DNA of 59,352 nucleotides, filler included, from Dimargaris cristalligena (Eukaryota): NCBI GenBank assembly GCA_003614675.1. It is 4 parts of 4 records of this genome, joined end to end, with 100 filler letters (N's around TTAATTAATTAA, not from the genome) between each part and the next. Parts side by side here need not be neighbours in the genome. Positions count along the whole stretch, not along the records: positions 29,740 to 44,501 come from ML002937.1; positions 44,602 to 59,352 come from ML002938.1; 2 more parts are not named here. One strand, 5' to 3'. Positions within the stretch are counted from its first letter, which is position 1; every line of letters begins with the position of its first letter. Made by a program: the position numbers and the translations under genes. Shown here one piece after another: positions 36,973 to 51,000 of the stretch. The notes below the pieces were generated by a model that made no database searches, was not told the DNA's origin, and worked only from the letters and a program-made list of their open reading frames with translations.

Positions 36973-39900
36973 GGTAGGAATGTTTGGTAAAAGGCGGGCG
37001 GATTGAGAAAAAAAAATATTAAAGCAGCGGTGCTTAAACCCAAGGTTTAAAGGTGGTATTCGATTCGGTTGTAAAACTAGACGGATTCGCTGAAAAAATG
37101 AATAGTTTACTAGTCAGGGAAACTGGGGTCACAATAAGCACGGTGTAGTATAAATAGTACTCGGTGATAGATCAGGAAGATAAGGAAGGGAAGTGACGAT
37201 AAATTCCGACAACGAATACTACTAGGGCAGCGGGCCGAGGGGGGGTTAATTTATAATCGGAAGGGTTCCCCAGAAATAATCGCAGAAATAATAAATAGCC
37301 AAGGCCAGACAGGGAGAGAGAAGGTGGTGAAAGGGAGGAGGGGGGTCAGGGCTTCTCGGACAATAGGCAGCCGTCAGGGATGATGCAAGCGTCTAAGGAG
37401 AAGGCGCGAGGAGTGGGTGATCCAGTCGGCTATGCAGTGAAGCCAAGGGACGCAGACAGACACACACACTGGGACAAGGCTGGAAACAATCGCGGGTTGA
37501 CCAAATACAGGGGAGGCAGGTGTGGGTTGCAAGGAATGATGGGGGGTCAAAGAAGACGTGGGCAAATAATTGGTGGCGGACACTATTCGGCCGGAAATCC
37601 AAGCAAAAAGGGGGGAAATAGAATAACAGAAAAGATAGTATAATATAAAAACCAACTCGCTTAAAGAAATTGCCGTCTTTGTAAGAGATGGAGTTATAAA
37701 TAGTTTACGGAAGACAGGGAAAATATAGCTGGGGAGGAGTCAATGTGTGTCTGTGTGTAGGTGTGTGCAGATGTATAGATGTGTGCGCGGAGGGCAGTTG
37801 CAGTCTCTGGGCCAACAAGGGGAAGGGAGAGGAGGGGGGCTATTATATACACGCAGTAGTAGCCGTAAGTTATGGTATATACGATCCCTGGGCGGCCATT
37901 GCGCCTTGCCGTTGGCCATGGACGGATGGTGATGATGATGATGTTGATGTTGATGTGCGCGCGTGCAGTGTTTGAATGAAGGTGGTTGGCAACCTCCCCA
38001 TTCTTCCCCTTCTATCCTTCCAATACCGTTGGCCCCCTCCTTCTCTCTTTCGAGAGAGAGCAGGCGGCTGCGGGTGTCATCGCTAGAATAATAATAATGA
38101 TACAGTCCTACGTGGCCCAGTGGTTTCTAATTACGGGAGGGGCGAGGGGAGAGAACCTGGCTCAGTGTTGTAATCCCATTCACTGCCACGGAGATGGGCT
38201 GAATAATCACTACCGGTTGCTTCACATTCTTTTTAACACGCCTTCCTCTTTTCCGCTTCATTTAATATTCCCTGCTCTATGAATTTCCTTTAGTCACGGC
38301 TGATAATCATGGCCCTCAACTACCTAATCGGTAGAGGGGGAGGGATGCCCCGGAATAATACAGGGAGGAAATACGGAAATTCCTTTGATATATGTTCCTA
38401 TTGTTCAACCGCTTCTCTGGTAAAATAGGCATCGGGGTCAACGGAGTGGGAAAACCCCCACAAAAGGCAGTAAATAATCACATCACCCGGTGGAATGGCG
38501 AGGCTGGATAGAATGGGGAGGTCGAGAGGGAGAAGGGCAATGAAATCGGGCCACTTGCAGTAACCAGTAATTATCCAAACCGTTGCCTTATTTTATTTCA
38601 CAGACGGGTTGTTCATCACGATGGGCCCAAGCACCAATGACTAATCCGCCAGGCTATGTGGATGGCCGCTTATTCCACCAGTGCCCGTTGAACGTGATGA
38701 TGTCGTCCCGTCCAGGACCACGGCGCCCAGCCAATCGAGGCCACTCGGAGTGATTGAGGGGTGATTTGCCTCGAAATGGTCAATGGGCTGGGCGTTAAAG
38801 CATCAAACCCTGGGAAGAACCGGAGCACTCTCCAGCAAAGGCTCCATTGGCAACTAGTATAATGGCCCTTCATTACATCAATATCGAGTGGGGTTGTAGA
38901 GTAAAGAACGGGAGTGGGTCACATTTCCCGCTTAGCCCGGCTTGCTTTAACCATACCAATGGGAGTGGACGACTACATCTCCCCATAGAAAAACCCCCAC
39001 CAGTGAACATTGCAGGAAGACGGAGTTTCGAGAAGTCCCTCGGTTCATTACGCAAATGACTATGCTGACCATATCCATTGGAACTTTAGTGACCCTCGGA
39101 AGAAGATAAATGTGAAATGAAGGGTCGGGATTTTATTTCATTTTAGGATGCCCGCGCGATTCATACATCATACGCCAAGTATTAAATCAACCTAGCCATT
39201 GGTACGCAATAGTGACAGCTCGGCCTAACTGCAGCACAGCTGGCATATCGGTCCAGGGAATCATTCAGGTATATCTACAGGGGATAGTAAAAGAGAAAGA
39301 GACGACGTGGTTCCCTCCCTAGCCGTCTCAGCTAATCATACCCCGGACCTCAGCAGCGGAGTTATACCACCAATTGGAATCGAAGGGCCGATTCTGAAAA
39401 TAACCATGCAAATTGTATTCCTGGGCGGCTGCGGTGAATACAGTGGCTGTAGACTATGTGGCAAGATTTCGGTGGATTAATCTGGCAACAAAGTGTCCGA
39501 TGGCTGGAAACTTCCGGATTTTACTTGACAATCACCCGATTCCACGATATATACGACCCCAACGGAGTTTTTAATGGTGAAACAGCCGATGTTACTCCAC
39601 CCTTCTAAACAATTGCTAGGCACCATCACCATCCGATGGTCGTCTATTTTTAGGCGCAATTCCTTTAAGGTGCCTTATTGTTACTTCCCCAAGGATAAAT
39701 GGGTTCACTCGGTTGAGCGGCGGGTATAGCATTTTCAAGAGAGGTGCAGAACGCAACAACTAAAGCAACCCCGCCAACAGAGCCGCCCGTAACAGTGATT
39801 AGTGTATACACTGACGGATACTACTATACACCTCTCCCCCCCCCACATACACACAATAGCAGGGGATTCAGGCCTGAGTAGCGCGGTTGCCATACGAGTG

Positions 39901-42323
39901 GGCCAGCCATGTCGAGTTGCCCCCCCCCTCACGCCCATGGTGGGTGCACTTCCGCATCAGAGTGGGGCACGACCTGCCTCGCTCGCTGGGACCACTTTAG
40001 ACACCTGTCCATTGTAGTATAATTCATACCCCGTATAAGCCACAGAGATTCTCCCCCCCCCTTCCTTGTAACAGCCCTTAACGTACCAAAATTACTCAAT
40101 TCCCGGCGACGGGAGGGGGTGAACCACTCTATACTCGTGCCCGAGCCGGTGGGTGGGAACTAATGGTGCCAATTTTTACTCAGAAGGTGCCATTTTGTTT
40201 ATGTTTTCTCGGGATTCCACGAGTGGGTGGTATTGAATAGGTCGCATTGCAGCGAAACCCGGATTTTCTGAGGGTTATAGTATTCATCGTAGTTGACCTC
40301 CGCGACAATCAACAAAATATAAAAATGAATATTTTGTTTGCCATTTTCCCTGTACCGTCAGTTTAGGTTTGTTGAGCGGGGCCGTCGGTTGCTGATCCCT
40401 AGCAAAACCAAACTATATTAGTAATAGGGGTTGGGGAGTACAGATAAGTAAGTTGCTGGTGGACTCGATTGGTGGAAAGCCCACCCGGTTTCAATCATAC
40501 TTGATTGTCTTTTTTTCTGTTTCTGTTTCTGTAATCTTCCATGGTGGGTGATGGCACGGGCGGTTATCGCACCTGAAGTGACCTCCTTGGGCGGGTAGAA
40601 TAGTGATGTGGCGATGTTTTTCGCTATGTTGCCAAGGCCTTATATGTAACCATCGTGGCATCCACCAGGTTGTTTGTCTTCATTAACTGATCTACTGTAG
40701 GCCCTTATGCTGGGGCTTGATCGTTTTTCATTAATGAGTCAACGTAGTCATTACTACTACCCCCTTCCCCTCCTTGCAGCAGGCGACCCTTGCCAATAAT
40801 TTTTTGAAATCCCGACTGCAGATTGACTACAATCACTGGCTTGGGTGGGTAGGGAGTAGGTGTGAGTGTGGGGAGGGGGCATTCCAGGGGTCTCCGAATT
40901 GTCACCGTGCTAAATCCATCGAAGGTAAAGAGTCGCTGAATCGGCCATTGCATATTCTAGAAAGTCGGTAATTGGCAGCTAGTCGACAGTGTCTTTGTTC
41001 CGTTCATAATTTACCCTCGTGCCAAGCACGGAAAGTATCAAGTGGCCCAGGCCGGCTGTAGGATTTATTCACGGCCTGTTGATTACATGGCGCAGTGGCT
41101 CATCAATTTGCTTGTTAAACCACTCGTATGACCTTCCCCAGACTATCCCCAGCCTGTAAAAGCTATGCGATATTCGGCCCCTACTATAATATATATATAT
41201 ATAGAAAATTCTAATATTAGATATGGAGGGATTGTTAAAGTTCGCTGCATACCAAATTTTCGTTTTTTGCGATTACAATGAACACTATATTAAAGGTATT
41301 ACTCTGGACCGTCTACGTTTTGCACCGCATTTTTATTTACAAGATCCCCCTTTAGCACTCCCACGAGCCAACTTCGGCAGGCCCAGTCCCTGTAACCCCA
41401 TGCCGGGAATCATGTAGGCCAGGCATACCTAGATGTTAATATACTGATTTCGCCACACTGCCAACTATACACTCGAGATATCCGATAACAAGCCACTTTA
41501 TATTAAATATATTTTAATTTTCATAGAGTGGTCAACCATAGGTATCGTCATTTTTTTTCATTATCACAATACCCTTTGCTGTGAATACTCATACATCTGG
41601 CGGATATTGAAAGGAATAGTGCCGCGAGAATACTGGGAAAATGGGGGTATGCATCGTGGTTTCTATCGGTGTGTGGGTTGAGAAATTCCGATTGGGCGGA
41701 ATAAGGGATCACTACCACCTATTCGTAGGTCCAGGGAGTTTAGGAACTAGATATTGCTATTTACATAAACGAATTCCATGCTATACCCTTTATGTATCAG
41801 CTAAAAAGTAAACCCATAGTACCAAATCAAGATGCTGTTACTAATTAGAGTGGTCGAGCAGGTCGCTTAGTTTCAATCTCATAATTCATGGGCCTGTTTA
41901 TTATATTCCTTTTCCCTAGATTAACACCAACCTTAGTACTGCTATTGGTTTCCATTTCTTAAAAAGTCATGTGATCTAATTTGTAATGCCAGCGAATTCG
42001 ATTTCTTTATTAAACAGTAGGGGTTTGGAAAAAAATAAACTAAAAAATGGCCAAAGTTGACCGAGCTTTTACACTCGTCAACCGACATACATCCGAGTCA
42101 AAGAATTCAAGTCAAGTAATATTGTAACGATTATACTAGCATCGTATTTGCTCCCCCAGTACATGTGCCCATTTCCTTCATACAGCTCCATTTTAACCGC
42201 TTACTCGACGGTCTCTTTATACTTCACTCCGATTCCCCAATTCAAAACTTGTCGGCTCACCTAGCCAGTCCGTTTCCCCCACTTTTTTTAGTCATCTCCT
42301 AGCTACTCAATTTTGAATTCACC

Positions 42324-44041
42324 ATGTCCGGTTTGAATGACCCGACGACGACCAGCCCCGTCGCTGAGGCGAACGCCACCGTCCTGACCGACCCGGCACC
42401 CCCCAAGCAAGTCCACTTCGAAGCCCACGTGGACTCTGAAACCGAGACGGAGACCGATACCGATTCCGAAACGGACTCGAGCGACTATGACTCCGACGAT
42501 TCCGAAGCGGAAGAACCGAATAGCAGTGCCTCTGCTGCTGCTGCCACCGTCGCCTCGATTGCTAGCCTGAAAAAGCCCTTCGTTTCGCTCGTTTTAGACG
42601 CCAGCCCTTTATTTCAAAGTCTCGAGGGCATTTCCCGTTTGGCCGATAAATTCTACACCGTCCCCGAAGTCGTCCAGGAAATCCGCAGTTCCAAGCACCG
42701 CGAGCAACTCGCCAACAACATTTATTTTGATCTACAGGTGCGGGAACCCAGTGCGGTTGATATGAAAGCGGTGGTGGAATTTGCCAAGAAAACCGGTGAT
42801 TACGCTTCGCTGTCCGCCCCCGATATGAAAATCCTCGCTTTGACCTACGCTCTGGAACGCGAGGCCAAGGGTATCGACCATCTGCACACCGAACCCGCTA
42901 GCGCCCGGGGGGAGGACACATCCGCCGAACCGTTGAGTGTTGATTCAGATGCGGTGACTGAGCAGATGCAATCACTAAGCCTGAATAAGGCGGATAAACC
43001 CAAAGCACCCGCCCGCGCGCCGGTGGATTTCGATGACGGTTGGATTACGCCTAGTAATGTGGCCAAGAAGAATGCCGAGTTTGGCTTTAATCGGGTGGTT
43101 GATTCGAGTCAGGACAAAATTGCTGTGGCTTGTGCTACCGGGGATTTCGCCGTACAAAACGTGATACTTCAGATTGGGTTGAATCTGGCCGACTTTAACG
43201 GCTCGTTGATCAAGAAAGTCCAGACCAGTGTCTTGCGGTGCTACTCATGTTACCAGTAAGTCCGCAGTAGATTATATATATATTGATTACATGCTCCCTT
43301 TTGGGTTCTCTGATTGCTATTAATTGCGATAAGCCTGGTTGACAACCCGTATTTATCATGGCAACACATGTTAACTAACCTTCATCGTTTAATGTAATAT
43401 ACCTTGGGTCATACTACCATCTGGCTAGCATCATGACGAGAACCGACCGGAAATTCTGCTCGGAATGTGGGCACTCCACCATTACTCGCGTCTCGGCTTC
43501 GGTGGGTGAAGATGGGGAGCTGCAAGTCCACCTTTCGAAGCACTATAAGCTTAACCTGCGGGGCACACGGGTAAGTAACATCCTATTCACCGAATCCAGT
43601 AATTCCGTCCGAGCCTACCGGTTTGTGCTTGAGGGCAGTATATTTAACAATAGGGGGCTGTCATATGGAATATAATAGTCCTCTCAGACAGTCGTATTAA
43701 GTAGCGTTTATATATATCCGCTTACCCTTCCAAATGTGATGCACCTAAATTGTATCTACCCACAGTACTCGATGCCCAAGCCCAAGGGCGGCCATAAGCA
43801 CACCAATTTGGTGGTGCGCGAGGATCAAAAGGAATACCGCCGTGGTATTCGGGCGGCTAAAGCCCGGGCCAAAAACAACGGCCCCGGTGTATTCGACGTG
43901 GACTACATCCCAACCTTCCACGCTACCGGATCCCAAGCTAACCCACGGTTCAACATCACTGACAAGGTCGGTTATGGTCGCAAGAACCCCAACGTGGTCA
44001 AGAACACGGGTAACCGCAAAAAGAAATCATCCCGGCCTTAA
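42324..44041 (+). CDS. NOB1: 20S pre-rRNA D-site endonuclease NOB1 (449 aa); exons 42324-43255, 43429-43570, 43766-44041
   Basis: PIN domain (LVLDAS...EVVQEIR...FAKKTGDYASLSAPD), GWITPSN, ACATGDFAVQNV, Zn ribbon (LRCYSC...FCSECG), RGTRYSMPKPKGG, GYGRKNPN. Introns keep the frame. Confidence 0.95.
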
Positions 44042-44501
44042 TTTATCCTCCCTCTTAAAACTATATTATTAAGATGTCCCACCGACGCCACTACCCATGT
44101 TTCCTTTTTCACTTTACCATTATTCATTCTAAAATACAACCGCACTATAAAAAAACACTGCACATGGGCAATACATTATTTGGATCGGAGCTGGCTTAGT
44201 GGGGTATATTTCAATAGTACACTCAATTTGGCAATAGTTAAGTATGATCAGTATTCCTTTTTAGATAATGTATATCGAGATTAACTATTAAACGAATTCA
44301 TTCTATATTATAGTGGTCCCTCAAGTACCCCCGTTCAGGTGATGAAGCACTAGACGGTGAAATAAATAAGAAATAAATAATTCACCGAACTGCCAGTCAA
44401 TGTATACTTGTAATATCAATATCTTCAACTGTAAAATAATTAAAAATGTTGTGCCGCCTCCCCAAGAACCACAAACTTCGGCGGCACCTATTCCTAGGCC
44501 C

Positions 44502-44601
44502 NNNNNNNNNNNNNNNNNNNNNNNNNNNNNNNNNNNNNNNNNNNNTTAATTAATTAANNNNNNNNNNNNNNNNNNNNNNNNNNNNNNNNNNNNNNNNNNN
44601 N
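44502..44601. other. Assembly gap spacer
   Basis: N run with TTAATTAATTAA. Confidence 0.97.
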
Positions 44602-45072
44602 TGTTCGGAGTTGATATTTCTTGTAACCGTAAAACTGTGCTTATATGAATGGTGTGTCTTAACTTTGTTGGAAATACTAAAGGAATATTGATAAACAGGT
44701 TCATTTTAAGTGATTAGAATAAATGGGCACAGGGTAACTAAATACACCAACGTAGTTGGACTGATACAGAAGGGAATAATAGACCCGTCGGTACATATTT
44801 TTCAACACATTAGGGAATTATTATTGAATTTCTACCACTTTTGCGGGCATACTTGATGTGCTGTTGTGATAAAAGGAATTTGGCTTAGGAGTGATAGATG
44901 GGATCGGTTTAGCCAGGCTTTATAATGAAAATTGCGTTGGATGAGGTAAATACTACTGGTTAAAAAGGAGCTTCTGGCCTATTTTCCTATACACGCTGTC
45001 TAAAATATTATACGCTTTGGTTGAATTCCACCCATATGCGTCCTGTAGAACCCACCCTTGATGTCCAATATT

Positions 45073-48000
45073 CTAATCTCGGTTATTTCGGTTGATCATT
45101 GTGTTCACTTCTATAGGGAGTTGGGGTAACAGTTGGTGTTTTAATGTCAGGTTAGAGTTATATGGGGTATCTGTGGTTGCCTCTTGACAGTTAGTCCTAG
45201 AATCTGAAAGGCTGTCTAGGGTTGGTGGAGTTATAAATCCAACTTTTACCATATACGCCAAATAAAGGCCAATCAGACTAGAAATAGGTGGGCAATCTAT
45301 ACCCCCAGTATGGCAGATGACCTGGGTATGACTAGTATCTAGGATGGGGAGTCGAGTGTTTTTGGGCATATCATCCTGAGTAAATTGTAGTACAGGGTAG
45401 AGGGCATTGTCAGTTGACTTGTCTGTGGCCTCCTTTATATAGACACACCAAAGAGAGTATGGTATTGAAACTATGCTGAATCCATAAAGGCGGAGTTGGT
45501 CAAACATATCATTATAACTAAACCGGGAGGGTGATTCAATATGAAATGTTCCTTGGTCCAAGGCCTGTGGCTGAGCAACTACCTGGACTACGAACTCAGC
45601 AATATAATCCACTGGGCACATGTTGATAGCATTATCTAGGACAGGTGCTTTACCCAGCTGGATACATCCCTTGACCAGGCGCCATTGAAAATCATCAGAA
45701 TTGATTACCCCTGTTTTACTTGACCCTACGACAAATCCAGGTCGAATAATGGTGCAGGGATAGCCACGGGCCCGGGCCTCAAGTATAAGCTTATCGGCTA
45801 CCCACTTACTCTGGTCATAGCCACTGGGGAGATCATAGCGACTGCCTTCCAAGTCATCTGATTCTAGTACACCAGTTCCTATCTTGGCTTGGGCCAGGCT
45901 GGGAGTGGTACCCATATGGGAGTCAGATACTAGAGATGGGCCTTCAAATAATGACACAATATCTTCGGGCCTGGTCAATTGTATATAGTGGCTACTATTG
46001 AACACCGAAATAGATGAAACAAAGTGAAGTGGTTTAACATGGTCAGAGGTAGCCAGTTCAATAGTCGCTAGGGTACCCAATACATTGGAAGACCGGAATT
46101 TGCTATAGGGATACATCCAATAGACTAGTGCCCCATTATGGATGATAGCATCTACACCCCGTGCTAGCGACTGCCATTCAGCCAAAGAAATTCCTAGACG
46201 TGGTTGGGCTAGGTCTCCTACAACCACACGGACCCGTTGACTACCATAGCCAATTTTACAGTCAGGGTAAGTGCTAGTTTCAGAGGTCGTGATGTCCCAC
46301 TGGGTTTGCCATAGCAAACTATTAATACAGCTTGACTTAATTCGATCAAAGGCATGCTCCGGAGACTGGGCGCGTACCAGGCAAATTACAGTAGCCGTTG
46401 GGAAGTGCATTAGCAGGTGAGCTAGGATAAAGGCCCCCAGGAAGCCCGTGGCCCCAGTCAGGAAGAATATGGGAGCTTCCCCAGACCGGATTCGCACAGG
46501 AAAGACAAATGGAGTATCACTATTGTTGAACTGTATAGTGGACAATGGGGGCGGAAGTTGGTCAATTAGAGTAGCAAAGTCATTTGAGTATTCAGTGCTT
46601 GGATCAGGTGACGATTGGACTGGAGGATGTTCAGAGGAAACTGGGCGAGTCACAGTATTGTCAATAGCTGAAGGTTTAGATACGATATTTGATGTAGCTT
46701 GGGCAAACTGATCCACTGCTGCGGCCATACTATAAACAGTGGGATGCTGGAATACCAAGCTAACTGGAATATCAATTCCAAATCTCTTGCGAACCTGAAT
46801 ACCTAGCCGAGTGGCTAAAATTGAATGGCCTCCCAATTCGAAGAAGTTGGTATGTAAGGGAATCATGGAATCTAAGCCAAGGGTTTGCTGCCAAATATTA
46901 TTAAGGGTATTCTGTGTAGGACTATACTCACTTAGTGGGTCAGTGGCTGCTGACACACTGGTATTGTCTCTAGAAACTGAGGTATACTGCTGGCTTATCA
47001 TGGACTTTAAGGCATCCTTATAGTAAGGAAGGGCAGCTTTATCTACCTTCCCATTTGTTGATAGCGGGAGTTCGGGTAGTGGTACAAACACACTAGGGAT
47101 ACTGTAACTGGGAAGCTGCTTTTTTAAGAGTCCTCGGAGATCGGAAATAAGGCAAGTATTTCTGTGGTAATGCCTTTGATCAATGTCAGTTGATTTTGTT
47201 TGATTTACATTAGCCTGTGGTACAATATATGATACTATGATCTTATCATCATTGTCATCCTTGCGGACCACAGTCACATTTGCTTGGATTGATGGGAATT
47301 GGGCGATGTAATAATCTATTTCATCCAACTCAATCCGGAATCCCCGAATCTTTACCTGGTTATCCATTCGCCCCAAATATTCTACTTCACCATTTGGTAA
47401 CCAGCGGCCAAAGTCACCTGTGGCATACAGTGTACCCTTTCCTGTAAAAGGGTTCTTGGGAAATTTAGCTTGATTAAGATCAGGCCGATTAATATAGCCT
47501 GGACTAACACCAATTCCACCAATATATATTTCACCCACAGTCCCAATGGGGACCGGCTGCATATAAGAGTTTAGGATATAGCACTGGTAATTGGGAATAG
47601 GGCCACCAATAGTGATTGGACCAGTAGAAACTACTTGGGAGTAATGGCTGACAATAGTAGTCTCAGTTGGACCGTACCAATTCCAAACTGTAGTCACAGC
47701 TAACCAACTATCAGCTAATTTACGGCTGAGAGGTTCACCTATCAAATATATGGATTTCACATTCAAATAGTCTGAGGGGCAAAGTTGGCTGAGAACAGAT
47801 GGGACAAAACAAGACATGTCCACTTGACTGAGTGTTTTTGCCAAGTCATCATTAGGGAATACTACTGTGGACCCATAGCAAGCTGGCATTAAGGCATTGG
47901 TAAAAAATACATCAAAACTGGGGGAGACACCCACCATAACTCGGGTGCCTGCTTGTTGAAAGTCATGGAAAACAGGGTTGTTGAGGTGATAATTGATGTT

Positions 48001-51000
48001 TTCATGTGTAATCATAACACCCTTGGGAAGCCCAGTTGACCCAGATGTAAAGATAATATAGGCCAGGTCGTCAGGTGTATTTTGATGAATGGTATAGTCA
48101 TAATTGGTGACTTCATAAGTTTGCAATAGTTCTGACAGAACCAGGGCACCAGGCCACATGTTAGGGGTGATGGTGGCGTTGAGGACCCATTGGCATGAAG
48201 CAGCTTCAATAATATATTGCTGGCGCTGTTGTGGTAATTTGGAATCCATGGGTACATATACAGCCCCAATATACCATATTGCCAGCATTGCCACTAGTGT
48301 GTTGGGGTGGTTAGTAACAATGACACCAAGCTTGTCACTGGGCTGGACATATCTCTTCTTTAGGGCTGCTGCAACCCTGTAAATACACTCACTTAGGTAC
48401 TGATAAGTCCAGGTTTGGCCTGAAAATTCAGTGGCAATAGCAGTAGGGTGCATCTTAGCAGCCTCGTAGAATAGTTCCAAGGCCCCATGAGGTAACTTTA
48501 CTATAGGCTCATCAGGTCCAGGGTTTCCTAGGGAAAAGTCCTCAAGTAAAATACTTAATTCCTCAGGACAAACAATGGAAGCAGTTGGCCATTGCTGACC
48601 TGGACTAATACAGGCCTGTATATAATGCATAAAGTTTTTCAATATACACTCAGCTATTGATTGTTCAAAAACATCTGGGTTATAGTGCAATTTGCACCAT
48701 GGTGAAAATATATCAGTTTGGACTATTAGCTCAATATCATAGGCAAACACTGTTTTGGGTTTGGCAGGATAATGGTACTGAAACATTTCAGAATTAGCAT
48801 TGCCAAGTATGTTTGGGTTGATAGAAAGGTGAATTCTAGATAGGCCTGAGATCTGATTAACTGTGGAAAAACCTAAGAGTTGGCCTAATCTAGTGGTACA
48901 CGTCATGCATTGTTTCAATGTTTGGGTAATCTGATTTTGTAGTTCCTTAGCTAATTGGCTGATAGTCGTGGGCCAAGTACCCCCTACTTGAACTGGTACA
49001 GTTGAGAGAGAATGTAGGTTTAACCCAGACTTATTGATATTTGATTGGCCAGATAAATCACTAAAATCTACAATGAGCTCATCCTGGCCTGTTATATGAT
49101 GAATGAAGGTGAAAAACATTGCTAACCACATTTCACTGGGTAAGACTGATCCAATAATGGCCATCTCATATACTGAGGTAACTAAGGATGTGAGAAGATC
49201 AGCTTTGACCATGCTGCATTGTAGACTTGGTAAAGGAGGGTGAAGTCTATCCATATATAAGGCCAACTTTGTAGGGGCAGCTTTAAGAAGTGATAACCAA
49301 TACTTTAGATCCAGACTAGAGGGTTCTTGGTATTCAATACTGTATCTGGCAGGTACAATTTGGGTATTGTCTGATTCAATAGTAGATAAACCTTGAATGA
49401 GTTCATGAAAAATATTTTCAAAAAAAACAGTATTACCAGCAATCTCATGTACATGTAGAAATACATATGATTGTATGCTATTAGCAGAAGGGTCTGAACA
49501 CTGGTATAGTTTAGCCTGAATAAGTACCCCCTGTTCAAGGTCAAAATGAATATCTTCTGGACCAAAGTTCTCAAAATCCATCTTAAAATGACCTAGGCTC
49601 TGGTACTCTTGTACATTAATATGGATAATTGGTAGTATGTGACAGGTCAATACACCATTTGTTAATTTAAACTGGCACCGCAGGGCTTCATAGGTGGCAA
49701 CTATATGATTGATGGTTTTCTGGACAGTTGTTAACTGAATTGTGGTTATTGAAGAAATCATACAGCAGTGATAGAAACTAACTGCAGAGTGGAGTAGATG
49801 GCTAAGGGACCAAACTCTTTGTTGATAGTCATTAGCTGGCTGACTACAAATAAAAGGGAATGTTAAGGAGTTGGATATTCTATCATAGGTATTGTTACTG
49901 GTAACTGTGACTTGATTATGGCTAAGTTGATTAGAAACTAAGTTGGCTAAAGGTTGCAGTTTGTTAACTGTGATTAAATCACTTAATATTATTCTAATAT
50001 AATATTTCTGATAGACATAGTATTGGAGGTGTTCTAATTGGGCTAGGGAAAATCCCTCAGTAGATTGTAGAGGGGTAGTTGCAGATAAACTGGTAGTTGG
50101 TTGGTGGAATAAGTACAGCTCATTAATAACTACTGCTAACCACCACTCTAATTCTGACAGCATTGAGTATAGTGGGAGTGTAGTAAGATAGGCTAGGGCA
50201 AAATAGTTAGTATTGCAACTAAGTTGGTTTGTATAATCAGCTACATGAGGGAACCCCACAGTAGAAATAATACTGCTAGGAATAAGCACCCGAGGAGTAG
50301 TAGGAGGAGCTATTTTGGCCTGCAGTTGGGCCAAATCTTCCTTAGGGGTATGGTCAACTAATACTACTAATTGTCCATTGGGTAATATTAGGACCTGGGG
50401 ATGAATAGCCCCAGCTTTAAGGAGTGCCTGTTCTAGTATACCAAGATGCACTTGCTGGCCTTTGAGATTCACCCTCTGGGAACTAGGGCCTAGTATGAGA
50501 ATTTGGTTATCTGAATTATAGGAACCAAGGCCAAGATCCCTAACCTTTTGAGGCTGAATAAAATTACCAACATCAGTAAATGCTATGTAGCCAAGAACCC
50601 CTGGAGGGCAGGGATATCCCTGGTAATCTAAAACTGCTAGTGGGTTACCCCCTAAGGAAGTATCTAAAATAGGTAGAGTAAAAGTTGCAAGTTGATTACT
50701 AGTTATAAAGCAGAATCCATCAAATATAGATCCATTATAAACTAGGTAGAGGGAGGACTGGTTAGCTAGAGGATGGATACTAGATGGTAATAGTTTGGCT
50801 AGATTTACCAGTACTATATGGTGATTATATTGAGTTTCTTGGGTGAGTTTAATGGAGGAGGTATCATGGTAGTGTGTTTGATTATCATAAGGTGGAGTAT
50901 ACACCCCTGTAGGTTTAGCAGTTACATTAAATAATAGACACAAAAGAATAAGCCAAATATTTTCCTGGCTACTAATCTCTAATGAATAATCAAAGGAACA

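Noticed and set aside
37000..42300. 5-kb stretch with many short ORFs
   Set aside because: No motif, codon bias or coherent splice model seen; treated as divergent intergenic/UTR DNA.
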